This document shows, piece after piece, positions 1-12,699 of a stretch of DNA of 64,000 nt. Source of the DNA: Stegostoma tigrinum (Eukaryota); the NCBI RefSeq assembly GCF_030684315.1, contig NC_081387.1:20208678-20272677 (forward strand). Direction: 5' to 3'. The notes beneath the pieces were generated by a model. It had not been told where the DNA came from, did no database searches, and was given only the letters and a program-made list of their open reading frames with translations. The position numbers and the translations under genes were made by a program. Positions within the stretch are counted from its first letter, which is position 1. The number at the start of each line of letters is the position of its first letter.

Positions 1-19
1 ACGTCTGTAACCGCATTTC

Positions 20-740
20 TGCCGACCATAACCTAATTTTAATTCACTTTAACCAGCTTAAAGCATGCCCCCGGACTACCCTCTTTTCAAGTTTGAGCAA
101 GATTCATGAGATCCGCTCAAAGATTCCCTCAGAATGAATGCGATATTCAATCTTCTTATGATTATTGTTATCTAGGTGCACCTTTACTATGAGATCTTTA
201 ATTAATGATGCAAATGTGTAATGAAACACCAGATTTACGCAGATCATATATAGACAGTACATAATCAGGTCAATATACATAACCTGTTCTCTGGTTGGCT
301 CTTGAACATGCTAACAGCAAGCTCTAAGAAAATATCTGAAAATACTCTTTGCATCACATCACCCAGGCGACCTTTGTCAATCTGGTTCATTGAAATTATG
401 TATAGATTTAAATTGCACTGGACTATCACTGTATTTTTTCACAAATTGCCATTGTTTTTCCAATACACCTGTCCTACCATGTGGTCACTGTTAGGGAGTC
501 TATACACCCATTTCCACAAGAAACTTCTTGCTTTATCTTTTTGTCGTCTTTACTCAAACTGAATCTACATCTTGATCTTCATACCTGGAGTCATTAGTCT
601 TGCTTTTGGAGCAATATCAACTCTATTCTGCTACCTTTTCCTAGTTTCCTATCTTTCCTGAAATGTCATAAACCTTAAATATTCACGTCTCAGTCTTTAT
701 CCTCTTGCAGGCATGTCCCTGCAGTAAATACCAGATCAAA
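20..740 (-). mobile_element. Highly decayed CR1-type LINE fragment (AP-endonuclease region)
   Basis: Minus strand near 425-450 reads V-Y-R-L-P-N-S (cf. CR1 endonuclease YRPPNS motif); surrounding sequence has CR1-like remnants with many stops; boundaries approximate. Confidence 0.45.
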
Positions 741-2855
741 CAAATCTACCATGATCCCTCCCATTAATAGGGATCTCATGAGATACATATTGGAAATTTT
801 TGGCTGTGGTGTTCCATATCTGTTCCCAATTAAATCTGAGCTCTTGGGAAGTTCACCAGTTGTGGACAAATCACCAACTGTTTTAAACGTATTCCTCACT
901 AATGCGTCTGTCTAGCATGAGAATTAGGATCATGGTTAGACAGGCCATTCAGGGAATTAATAGTTAATTGCTGGCCTCAGTTCCGTTTTTTTTATCACCC
1001 TCTCACTGGATTCTCAGAGATCACTTAAAGGAATCAATCTTCCTTCTGTATATGAGCATGGACTGAGTAGCAGGAACACTCTGTGGGTGAGAATTCCACT
1101 ATCATCTAGAAATCTGATTGACTAAGTTTATCCTTATTCTCATAATACGACATGTACTATCCTCACGATGCATTATGGAGAATGTATCCACATTCTATAT
1201 ATCCTTTAGACATACATAGCTCCACACTGTTACATCACGAAAGAAACTGCTGGATATAATTTAATATAAATGTTTTATGGTGTTTCAATCTAGTCGGATT
1301 ATTTTACATGTGAAATGATGTTGCCACCAAGATTTGACGTCATAGCATTACGTCTGGGAAACTGTTGAAACCCAAGTTCAAAAACTTGGTTTTAACTCTC
1401 GAAATCATTTTGACCTTATGGCTAACGAATAAAAGAGACTGGAATCAATTAGTGAACAGACGGAGCATTACCATGCTACCTTATTCTCCCGAACATCTTT
1501 GCTTTCCTCCAATTTGGGTGCATTTTAAATATTGTGGACAGTGTGGGTCTGGGTTGGGGGCGGCAAGGCATGAAAGCAGGATTTTTTCAGTCACGAGTCA
1601 GCCAGTATGTTTTTTTTTGCTAGAGTCCAGGCAGATGACTCATATTACACGTTATTTTTGGAAAATAATCCATTCGCCCTTCACACAGGCTTGTTGCATA
1701 CCAAGGATAGGTTTCTCCAAAGGCAGGCTGCTGGGGAATTCGTGGGGGCAAATATACGTCCTGAAACCAATGGTAAAAGCCAGGACTATCAGGAGTAATC
1801 AAGCAGCGATAGCAAGTGTACCGTATGATGGTCTAAGAAAGCTTTTTTTTGCCATAAAAATCTGGTTATTTTTGATCGGCTAAATTATGAATTTGAGGAG
1901 CAAAAATACGCAGAAATGAATGTATCACGGTCAAGATTTCTGCTAAAATCAATAAAATAATTAATTCAACGGCTTAATGATGTTTACCTCATATTTAGAC
2001 AAAAGTTCCCATCCAATTAAGCTCTTCACCGGTGGTTATCATACACAACGGTTACCCAGTGGATGTGAGTGCCAGATGAGACACTCTTTACATTGTGAAT
2101 TTTCATATTTCAAGCACGTACTTTGAATGGATAACTTGGTGTACTTAGGGAGAATGACCATAAAAGCGACTTTACATTTGATTCCGTTCTTTGTGGTTAC
2201 AGGAAGAAATTTTTAAAAAAGCCTTTAATGATGATATTTCCGTGGATAACGCAGAATACTTGGAAACATCAAAGCCTCTCTGAAAATGTGTGATGTGTGC
2301 CAGAGTTAGAAAGAGAATATCCCCCTCCCACTCTGATGACATGCACTGAAATTCATGGGAAAGAATTGTGCAAGTTTGACTCTGATAACGGCTAATCGAA
2401 GAGCCTAATCTTATTAACATGAACGGTACATGCATAGTAACACTCCGTTTTCTTTTACATGTTTCTATTGACGTTATCGTCGGCCGCGTGTTGAAATTAC
2501 GCAGGGTAGAACTGTGTGAGAGAGTTTCTGTTACTGTTTGAGATCAAAATAGATGTTTATCTTTTTGACCTGTGTTAACAGTTGCGGTGCAACCTCCCAT
2601 CCTGAAAATTTTTGCAAGTAAGCACGTGCCCTCAAAATATTTCAGAGTTGGCCTTCAGAAAAATGCTCTCTGTAAAGAGATTCCAACACTGGAATACTTC
2701 CAGTACCGGGCAAGCACCGATTCTTTTGCTGTGGAAAGCCAGCAATACAACTGTTTTGCTGCATAGTTTCACCTTACAAGATTTTCAGTATGCAGTCAGA
2801 ATTTAACCTTTGTTCTCAGCAAACAACGACGACAGAAAACTCATATTAATAAGAT

Positions 2856-3039
2856 GAGATAATGGGAACTGCAGATGCTGGAGAATCCAAGATAACAAAG
2901 TGTGGAGCTGGATGAACACAGCAGGCCAAGCAGCATCTCGGGAGCACAAAAGCTGACGTTTCGGGCCTAGACCCTGATGAAGGGTCTAGGCCCGAAACGT
3001 TAGATTTTGTGCTCCTGAGATGCTGTTTGGCCTGCTGTG
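2856..3039. mobile_element. Short palindromic Penelope-derived element (two inverted 3' termini) with 10-bp TSD
   Basis: Arms ~2915-2975 and ~2981-3041 are reverse complements; sequence matches the termini of the Penelope copies at 46.8-60 kb; TTAATAAGAT at 2846-2855 and 3040-3049. Confidence 0.9.
2974..3001 (+). ncRNA. Minimal hammerhead ribozyme motif (PLE type)
   Basis: CTGATGA-A-GGGT CTAG GCCC-GAAAC-GTT: conserved core boxes flanking a 4-bp stem II. Confidence 0.6.
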
Positions 3040-3304
3040 TTAATAAGATAAACTACTTTTCAGCATGGGTTATTTTTATTCTAGTGACTAATCTAGTGAT
3101 ATCTATAATATTGAGATTAATGTATTTTATGTCCAATTGCATATAAATACTTGAATTTCATCAGGAACTGTCAGAGCCCCCTTCTACCAGAATAGCCTTG
3201 TTGCAATTTACTCCTTTTCCCCTCCTAATGATTTAACTCTGGCCTGTTCTCCTATTGTTTACGAAGTCCCTCGCACAGTTCCCTTTCACCCATTCAAGAT
3301 TCCT

Positions 3305-3700
3305 TATATGGTATTCTGTGGCAAAATCACCGTAGATAAATGGTGCAGTTTTCAAACAGATCTAGCGGCACCAAACCACGCATGCACGAGTCCCTATGGA
3401 CTACCATCAGCAACAACAGTAGGAGCAGAATTGTACTCCAACACAATGTTCAGTATCATGGCCGGGCAAATAACCTCCACGATACCATTACCATCAAACC
3501 GGGAGATCAACTCTAGCTGAATGGAGAGTGCAGGAGGGCACGTCAGGAACAGAAGGAGACGTTCCTCAAAATTCATTTCTCAACTTGCTAGCGATACCAA
3601 GCAGGCCTACTTGAACACCAAACAGCATAAAGAGCAAATGGTTAACAGTGTTAAGCGACTCCACAATTTAACGATTCCACAGCCTAAGGATAATAAACTT
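3305..3700 (+). mobile_element. Decayed CR1/L2-clade LINE ORF2 fragment (endonuclease-RT linker)
   Basis: Translation DKWCSFQTDLAA...AELYSNTMFSIMA...TITIKPGDQ is typical of the linker region of this LINE group. Confidence 0.55.
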
Positions 3701-4199
3701 TAACTCAGGAATTCTGAGTGCGCTAATAGTTGCACTGACACAGTTTGAGTCTTATCAGCTATCTAACTGAATGGCGTGCGTGTGTGCTCGTTCGTGAGCT
3801 TTTTTTAAATCTGTAGGCAGCTATTTTTATGTACGTGTCTCTCTGCACGTCTTCTGTGGTCTCTGCAGTGGCGCATGATTCTTGGCTGCCTTCGTGCCAT
3901 TTATGGATACATACAACGCTGTCGAAAATAGACGCCCCCCACCTTGCGGTGTCCGGTCACATCTGGAAGCAAGAAATAGAACTGAACCTACGCAATTTAA
4001 ATGTTAGTACATTAGCGAAAATGATATCAAATGCAGAGAATATTCTTCATGTTCATGGAATGGTGTCGTTGACAAGATCCATAAAGTTGTACAAAATAGA
4101 AATATCAAATGTTTTCAAGTGTGATCTGCAATTTTTATTTCAGCACCTGTTAACAAATGCCAATGACTCAGCGTCATTGCAACACAATTACACAGAAAC

Positions 4200-7005
4200 C
4201 TAAAAGATAAGATCAGGAGGAGGAGGCCACGCTGTCCTTCGAGCCTGCTTTACCATTCATCACGATCAGGGATGATCATTCAACTCAATAGCCTAATCCT
4301 GCTTTCTACCCATAACCTTTGATCTCATTCGCCCCAAGTGTTAAATCTAGCCGTCTCTTGAATGCATTCAATGTTTCGTCATCAACCACTCCCTGTGGTG
4401 ATGAATTCCACAGGCTCACCACTCGATGGGTGAAGAAATGTCTTCTCAGTTCCGTCCTAAATGGTCTACCCCGACTCCTCAGATTGTGCCCCTGGTTAGA
4501 GCATAGAACAAGTACAGGCCCTTCGGCCCACGATGTTGTGCTTAACTTTTACCCTAAACCTGAGGCCTATCTAACCTCCACCCCCACCTTATGCTATCAT
4601 CCATATGCCGATCTAACAGCCGCTTAAATGCCACAAATGAGACCGAATCCTCAACCCTCCCCAGCAATGCATTCCGTGTCCCTAGCACTCTCTGTGTGAA
4701 GAACCTACCTCAGACGTCTCCCCTATATCTACCTCCACTCATATTAAAACTATGCTCCTCGGAATAGCTACCTCCACTCGAGGAAAAAGTCTCTGGCTGT
4801 CCAGTCTATCCATACCTCTGATCATTTTGCACACCTCTGTCAAGTCATCTCTCATCCTTCATCGTTTGAAAGAGAAATCACCCAGCTCTGTCAATCTTTT
4901 CACATGAAACCTTCTCTCCATTCCAGCCAACATCCTAGTAAATCTGCTCTGCACCCTCCAATGCTTTCACATCTTTCCTGTAATGAGGCGACCAGAACTG
5001 GACAGATGTGGCTGATCCAGTGTTTTGTACAACTGGAGCATAAATTCACGGCTCTTGAACTCAGTCCCTCTATTAATGAAAGCTAACATACCTACACTTT
5101 CTTAACAACTCTATCCACCTGGGTGGCATCTTTCAGGGAACTGTGGACATAAACCCTAAGATCCCTCTGCTTCTCCACACTGCCAAGAATCTTTACATTA
5201 ACCCTGTATTCTTCTTTCAAGTTTGTCCTTCCGAAATGAAGGACTTCACACTTCACACTTTTCAGGGTTAAACTCCATCTGCCACTTCTCAGCCCAGCTC
5301 TGCATCCTATCAATATCCCTTTGTAACCTCGAACAGCACTCCGCATTGTGTACAACTTGACTCACCTTCATATCATCCGTTAACTTACTAATCCACCCTT
5401 CCACTCCTTTATCCAATTCATTTACAAAATCACAAATACAAGAGGAGACAGATCCTTGTACACCATTCGTAACTGAGCACCATGTTGAATATTTTCCATC
5501 CACTAGCAACCTTTGCCTTCTAAGGGTCAGCCAATTCTGAATCCAATCTACCACATTTCCCCCTATCCCATGCCTCATTACCTTCTGCATGAGCCTACCA
5601 TGGGGAACCTTATCAAACACCTTACTTAAATCCACGTATACCAAATCCACTGCTCTTTCTACATCCACATGTTTGGTCACCTCTTCAAAGAATTTGATAA
5701 GGTTTGTGAGTCATGATCTACCAAAACTGCTGGTTGCTCATCCTCCCCCTTAGGGATCTTGAAGACACGATCCATGACGTCATGGATCCTGCTACCCGAG
5801 AGGCAACATACCACCCACTCGTCTCGTTCACATTCGCAGAACCGCCTGTCTGTGCTCTTTCTATTGAATCCCCCACTGCAATTGCGCTCTTATTCACCCC
5901 CCTCCCTTCTGTGCCACAAGGCCAAGCTCAGTGCCAGAGACCTGTCCGCTATGGCCTTCCCCTGGTGGGTCACCACACCCCCCCCAACAGTACCCAAAAC
6001 GGTATAGTTACTATTGAGGGGAATAGCCACAGGGGATTCCTGCACTGTCTGCCTATTCCCTTTCCCCCTCCTGACAGTCACCCAGTTACCTTTATCCTGT
6101 AACTTAGATGTGACCAGCTCCTTATAATGCCTCTTGATCACCCCCTCATCCTCCAGAATGATCTGGAGCTCATCCAGCTGCAGCTCCAGTTCGCTAACTC
6201 AGTTTGCGAGGAGTTGGAGTTGGGTGCATTTCTCGCAGGTGAAGATAGAGGGGACACCAGCAGTGATCCTTACCTCCCTCATCCCGCAAGAGGAGCATGC
6301 CACTTCTGTAGCTTCCATTCCCTCTACTCTGGATTTCCAGAAGAATAAAAATAAAGCCTTACCTTACCAACTCGCCAGACAATCTTCTTTTTTGGTTAGA
6401 GGAGGAGGATGGGTGGGAGACACTACATGTGTAGTGTTTTGGGTTTAGCCATTGCCCGAATATATTAGTTTACTTCCTGGCCATGCTGTCTCCAGTCCCG
6501 CCGCTGAAAGCAAAAAGGCTGCTGCTGCACGAGGTAAGCTTTTATACAGAAAAGCTTACCTTCCCAACTGCACCCTAGCTTGCGCTCTCCCCACTCCCAT
6601 CACTGAAAGAAAGAAGTTCTGGTTCTGGACACATGCACCATCAGAGTCATCCTCTCCGCATCTACACTGTCAAGTTCTGCTGGAATTTTATGAGTCTCTA
6701 TGAGATCCCCCCTCATTTGTCTGAACTCAAGCGTAAACAATCTTAACCTCGTCAATCTCTCCTCATACATCAGCCTTGCCATCCCTGCAATCAGCCTGGT
6801 AAATCTTAGTGCACTCCCTCAAGAGCAAAAGCATCGTTCTTCAGAAAAGTAGGCCAAAACTGCACATAATATTCTATGTGTGGCCTCACCAAGGTCCTGT
6901 ATGACTGCGACAGCACATCCCTGCTCTTTTATTTGATACTTCTCACAATGAAGGCCAACATACCATTTGTCTTCTTTACTAGCTGCTGCACCTGCATGTT
7001 TACTA
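4200..7005 (-). mobile_element. CR1 LINE 3' fragment (4200-4497 + 6619-7005) interrupted by a second CR1
   Basis: CR1 3' tail at ~4200; RT C-terminus (RLTRLRLFTLEFRQMRGDLIETHKI, ORF 6600-6782) resumes colinearly after the insert; CTGGTT at 4492-4497 and 6619-6624 as a possible TSD. Confidence 0.75.
4498..6618 (-). mobile_element. Internally deleted CR1 LINE: 5'UTR + ORF1 N-terminus fused to ORF2 RT C-terminus and 3' tail
   Basis: RT motifs VDLVYVDLSKVFDKVPH...KLTDD...MEFNPEKC (5246-5680); ORF1 motifs C-x2-C...C-x2-C, leucine zipper, WVTVRR, GDS-type esterase start (5730-6320); no endonuclease between them. Confidence 0.8.
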
Positions 7006-7439
7006 CATGATCATATTAAATGACAGAGCTGGCTCGAGGGGCTGAATTGCCCACTCCTGCTCCTGTCCTTATCATCTTACTGGGTCATCAACAAAGTCAT
7101 GAATATATTTTCTAGTCAACGTGCATGATTTGACACAACTCTTGAGCCGGTGGGATTGAATAGGATCCTCCTGTCTCATTATTAGAGATTCCACCCCTGC
7201 TCTACTAGAACATTCCCAAAGACATAGATGGTATTTTTGTCAATGCAATCTAGCTGTACTTATTCATCAATAATCTATTCAATGATTTTAAAAAAAATTT
7301 GGCTCTGCTAGTGTCAACTAAATCTAGACTTGGTATAATTATGGTGAAAATGTGGACTCCTGAGATAAAATTTAAGTGACTGAATTTCACTTCAAGGCAG
7401 AATTTGACTAAATACGGCATCGAGGAACCCCAGATACAT

Positions 7440-7890
7440 TGTAGATGATGGCATTCAATGGAACAGTTTCTGCTGGATGCTGTCATGCTGAGCACAAAAG
7501 ATGATGGCTGCATTTGCTCAGATAATCATCTCAGTCCCAGGACATTGCCGCAGGAATTTCTCAGGGTAGTGTTCGAGGCTCAACTTTCTCAGTTGCTCCA
7601 TCAAAGTCCTTTCATTCGACATAATGTCAGAAGTGGGGATGTTTCCTGATGGTTGTGCAATATTCAACAGTACTTGCAACTCCACAGACACTGAAGCCGG
7701 CCAAGCTCATGTCCATATGCAAGAAGGCCTGGACAAGAACTAGATTTGGACTAATAATTGTGAAATAACATTGGCACCAAACAAGTACCAGGCAGCAACC
7801 ACCCCCCTGCCCCCCGGTAAGAATGAATCTGATCCTCCACTCTTGATAATCATTTGATTTACCATTGCTGATGGTGCCATTATCAATATG
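7440..7890 (+). mobile_element. Decayed LINE RT fragment (CR1/L2 clade)
   Basis: Degenerate AG(V)PQGS(V)...FPDG/FADD-like RT segment at ~7545-7655. Confidence 0.55.
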
Positions 7891-7899
7891 TATTGGAAG

Positions 7900-9465
7900 A
7901 GAGAAAAGAAAGTAAAGCAAATGTAAATCTCTTACAGTCAGAATGAAGGGAAGCTATAACGTGGAACAAAGAGATAGGAGACTAATTAAATACACATTTT
8001 CGCCTGTCTTTACAAAGGAGGGCAAACATCAAAAATAGCATTGCTAAAGTTTTATGAACATAGAGTTTTTTGTAAGGGGGAGGAACTGAAGGAAATCAGC
8101 ATTGACAGGGAAATGACATTGGTGATGAAAATAAAGGGCAATAAATCCCCAGGCCCAATAACTTACATCCCAGCAATTCATGAAATGGTTTTGAAGTAAT
8201 GGATACACTGGCATTCTTTTTTCAAGATTATGTAGACTCTCTAACATTTTATATGGATTAGTGGGGCGTTTATCTAACCAAACCATATTTTTTTTTAATC
8301 AGGAGGGAAAATAATGAATTATTGACTGGTTAGCCTGACATCAGTAGTAGGGAAAATACAACAGACAAAGTAAGAAAAGGTCTCATGGTGTTAGAGGCAA
8401 GGTGCTAGTATGAATAGAAGATTGGTTCTCTGGCAGAAAGCAGAGAGTGTGGTTAAAAGGGTCTTTCTCAGGTGTTACACAAGAGTCAATATTGGGACCC
8501 ATAATTTTTCACTTTATACATTAATGATCTACATGAAGAAGCTGAGGGCATTCTGGCTAAGTTTGCAGACAATGCAAAGATAGGTAGAGGGACAGGTAGT
8601 AACCCGGATGTTGGGAGGCTGCAGAAGGATTTGGACAGATTAGGAGAGTGGGCAAAGAAGTAGCAGATGGAGTACAACGTGGGAAAGTGGGAGGTCATGC
8701 ACTTTTGAGAGAAGATTAGAAAGAAGGACTATTTTCTAAATCGGGAGAAAATTCAGAAATCTGAAGTACTCAGAGACTTGTGAGTTCTAGTCCAGGATTC
8801 TCTCAAGGTAAATTTGCAGTATTTAGGGAGGCAAATACAACTTTGGCATTTATTTTGAGAGGATTTGAATATCAAAAACAGGGATACACTTCTGAGGTTG
8901 TATGAGGCTCTGGTCAGGCCACACTTGGAGTATTGATCAGAGTTTTGACTTCTATATTTCAAGAAAGATGTACTGGCCCTGGAGCGGGTTCAGAGAAGGT
9001 TCATGAGAATGTTCCCAGGAATGAAAAGCTTAACAAAAGACAAACGTTGGAGGACACCAGGTCTATATTTGATGGCGTTTAGAAGGATGAGGAGGACGTA
9101 ACTGAAACTTACAGAATACTGAATGGTCTTGATAGAGTGGATGCTGGGAAGATTGGTAGGAGGGACTAGGACCCGAGGGCTCAGACTTAGAGTAAAAAGA
9201 AGACCTTTTAGAACGGAGGTAAGGAGAAACGTCTTCAGCCAGAGAGTGGTGAATCTATGGAATTCACTGCCACACAAGGCTGTGGAGGCCAGGCCATTGT
9301 CTATATTTAAGAATGAGATGGTCTTGATTGTCAAAGGGATCGAGGGTTAGGGGGAGAAAGCGGGAGAATGGGGTTGATAAACTTATCAGCTGTGATTGAA
9401 TGGCAGAACGACTTGTTGGGCTGAATGGTCTAATTTCTGCTCTTATGTCTTAAGGTATTACGGTC
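7900..9465 (+). mobile_element. 5'-truncated CR1 LINE (RT to 3' tail)
   Basis: KFADNAK, RPHLEY, TRTRGLRLRVKRRPFRTEVRRNVFSQRVVNLWNSLP (9123-9350) and CR1 3' tail. Confidence 0.85.
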
Positions 9466-9469
9466 TCAA

Positions 9470-11340
9470 TAGAGAAAATGGAAAACTGTGATAGGATTTG
9501 GCAGAGTCAGCATGGGTTGACATTATACTTGAGAAATCTGCAGGAATTTTTCAACCATGAAACTTGTAACATTGATAACAGGGAATTGTTTACTTGGACT
9601 TTCTGAAGGCTTGTGATAACGTCCTACAGAAGGGATTAACATGTGAAATAAATGCACCTAGGATTGGAAGTAACGTACTGACATGGATAGCAAACTGGTT
9701 GGCAAGTCAGGAATAAGAGTAGGAGTAGGAGTAAACATGCCTTTTTTCTCCTAGGGGCAAGCTGTGACTCGTGTGCTACTGAAGGGGCCAGTGCTTTGAC
9801 AGCAACTATGCACAATATATATTAATTATATAAATGAATGAACTAAACGTAATGGCTCCACATTTGCAGACAGAAAGCTGCATAGGATAATGAATTGCGA
9901 GGAGAATGAAAAGATGCTTCATACTAATTTGGATACATTCTCCGAGTAGGCAAATGCACAGCAGGTGAAGTATAATGTCAACAATATGAGGTCATTCACT
10001 TTTTGCAGAAAACGTAGGAAGGCAAGTTATTATCTGAATGGCAATAAAGTGAGAAAAGGGGAGATGCAACAAGACCTAGGTGTCCTGGTACATCAGTCAT
10101 TGAGAGCAACCTTGCAGGCGCAGCAGGTGGTATTGAAGGGAAATGATATACTGGCCTTCATAGCATTGGATATGTGTTCCACTGATAGCGTCAGAGTTTA
10201 TTGTCCATCCCTTATTGTTCCTAGGGAGATAGTATTGTCCTCGAAGGAAAGACTTGACGACTTTGGAGTGCTTAGAGAGGCTGGGATTGCAATTTTTACG
10301 AAGCAACAAGGAATATTCAATCCTGTAAATATTTTACTTTCCGAAAACCCGGAAAAGGGAAAATGGAGATTTCATTTTACCATGGTGTTATGATATAGAC
10401 TTCAATAAATGAAAGGCTGGTGGAAGTTAAAATGATAGCTTTCAAAAAGAAATGGTATAAATGCATTAACAGAACTCAGAGTGATCAATAAGCGGGTGAG
10501 TTTGGCGAATGGCGGAGAGGGAAGCATTGAGTTGCGCACGTTGGGTAAGTACTATAAAAGAGCTTACAAGGGGATAATAAGCCGAATTCATGCATTGATA
10601 TTGCATCATTTCGTAATAGCGATCTGACTGGGCAGTGCCAGTAAATTGTTAGAAACGTCCAAGAATATGACCAATTCAGAAACAAAATAACTTGTTAATA
10701 TTATTTTGTTTGGCAACATTTTGAGGGGTGATTGTAAAGTTTTTAAAAAAATATAGAATGTCACTGATTTTAGAAAAAAAAACACTAACAATCCTTCAGT
10801 GAGTTTAATTGTGTCACATAGTAGATTAATTGACAGAGATCATAATCACGTTAAAATTAACATTACAACTCATTCAGAAAAGTTTGACTTGGCTGATTCC
10901 TCTGATGGAGGGACTGTTTCTTTGAGAAAAGGCTGAGAACGCGGTGTCTCTCTTCATTGAATTTGAGAGCAATGAGGATTGATCTTATTGTACTATATAA
11001 GATTCTGAAGGATTTGACAGTGTGGATGCTGAAAGGGGGCTTCCATCTTTAAAACTAAGAGATTCCATTTTAAAATAAGGCGTCTATATTAAAAATTGAG
11101 ATGAGAAGACTCTTTTCTTCCCAGAGAACTGCTGGCATCGGAGTTCCCTTCCCCAATGAAAAGTGGAGGCAAGATAATCGAATATCTTTCAAGTTGATTC
11201 AGACACATTACGCATGAATGTGGAATTCCTAAAGTATGACTGCAGAACAGGGAAGTGGAATTGAGGCCACATCAGATGAGATTTGATTTTATCAAATGCC
11301 AGAGCAGGCTCGGGAGGCACTTCTCAATTTTCATGTTCAT
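9470..11340 (+). mobile_element. Older, fragmented CR1 LINE pieces
   Basis: DLGVLVHQSL...LAFIA (9965-10160) and two degenerate CR1 3' tails (~10390-10620, ~10900-11340). Confidence 0.6.
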
Positions 11341-11629
11341 TTTGTGGAAAACACACGGTCATCCATACCATGATTGTGGCAGCTGGAATACAGAAAATCT
11401 GCAATGACAATTACCAATCAGGCATTAAATATTGGCCCTTATATCTTATATACCAACAACGGAGTAATGTTTATAATTAAGGTGGAAAATTGCGACAGCA
11501 GGACCACCTTTTCCCATTTCCCACATCATAGATATAATTTAGTTATTCTGATTTATAAAATCGAAGGAACGTTGGATAAAAGGTCAACATGTGATGTTAT
11601 ACTTCTTTTCTCTCCGTTAATAACCTCAG

Positions 11630-11743
11630 AACGAAGCCAGGCAGCATTTGGCAAAGGGAGAATGCGTTGTAAATTCTGTGCCTTTACAGGCAACGAGTGT
11701 GTCAAGTTTGAAAATGGACAAAGCAACAATGTGGAAGTTTCGT
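11630..11743 (+). CDS. Putative phase1-phase1 exon, Ig-like C-terminal strands (ERSQAAFGKGRMRCKFCAFTGNECVKFENGQSNNVEVS)
   Basis: Polypyrimidine tract + CTCAG acceptor, GTAAGT donor, 114 nt open frame; splices in frame to TM exon 17045. Confidence 0.45.
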
Positions 11744-12699
11744 GTAAGTAGCAATTCAAAAAATACTTTAGAATAAGCGTGATTAAGGCAAAAATATATT
11801 CAATAAGATGAAGTGCATGGAAGTCAGTCAGCACTTCTAAAGAGTAAGGCTAACATTTTACCTGAAGGTAAGGAAAACCTGCTGAAGTCCAAGTCATTAA
11901 GTAAAAGCGAATAAAAAGTGATTTGAGAAATATTTCAATTGTAGAGACTTTAATACTGATGAACGTAGGAGGTAGAATCAACCTTTCATGTTGGCACACT
12001 TCCAGAGATTCCTTTCCCTTGATTTTATTTCAAACTTATCTCTTCCCAAACTGAATTAATGAAACGCTTGTCGATAGGGTTTGACCTTTGACATTCCCAT
12101 TTCTGATTCTGATCCATTCCAGTGAATTGCTGGATGAACTCGATGCTAACATGGGCTACCGCTGTAGAACCTATTTTTGCTCGGAGGATGCATTTTTTCT
12201 TATTTCCCTAAAACATTTCGCTTGTGAGTTCAGTTCTGTTTGCTCGCTCCCTCATTAACGGCCACCATTTAATAACTCTACTTATTTGCATAGTCTCCAC
12301 TCTCAACCCTCTCCGATTTTCTGTGCTATTTTTTGCTGGTTGGATTCTTAACCCGCTTGTACCATCCTTTCTGGCAGCATCTCTTAGATACCTTAAATTT
12401 ATGGCTATTGGTCATCAACCACTCTCCTCCGGTTTCTTGCTGCGGTTAGAAAAGTAAAGAACTGAAGTTAAGCATTACACATCCAGTTTCTAATTATACA
12501 TTCCTTCCATTTATAATTCACAATAACTAATTGTATATCTATGATGTGGGAAGTAGAGAATGGCGATTCTGCTTACTCCACCTTTCACATTAAACATCAA
12601 CATACTTTTGACTCTTACAACAAGAGCAAAAATTCCTTCTCCTCTTGTATTATTATATCCCTCATACGTTTGGAAATCTGATTCAGGTCCGTTCCAGCC

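Noticed and set aside
1624-1772. Cadherin/RET-like reading (ENNPFALHTGLL) and kinase-Gly-loop-like reading (GRLLGNSWGQIY) of the same segment
   Set aside because: Mutually exclusive frames, short motifs, no continuation of either domain
2203-2283. Frame EEIFKKAFNDDISVDNAEYLETSKPL* resembling the EGFR C-terminal ENAEYL motif
   Set aside because: Only a 5-residue match, no supporting ErbB exons, and an overlapping frame gives a competing Ig-like reading
2612-2806. Ig light-chain FR2-like GQAPILLLWKAS
   Set aside because: No correctly spaced B-strand Cys, no YYC and no RSS; cannot be called a V segment
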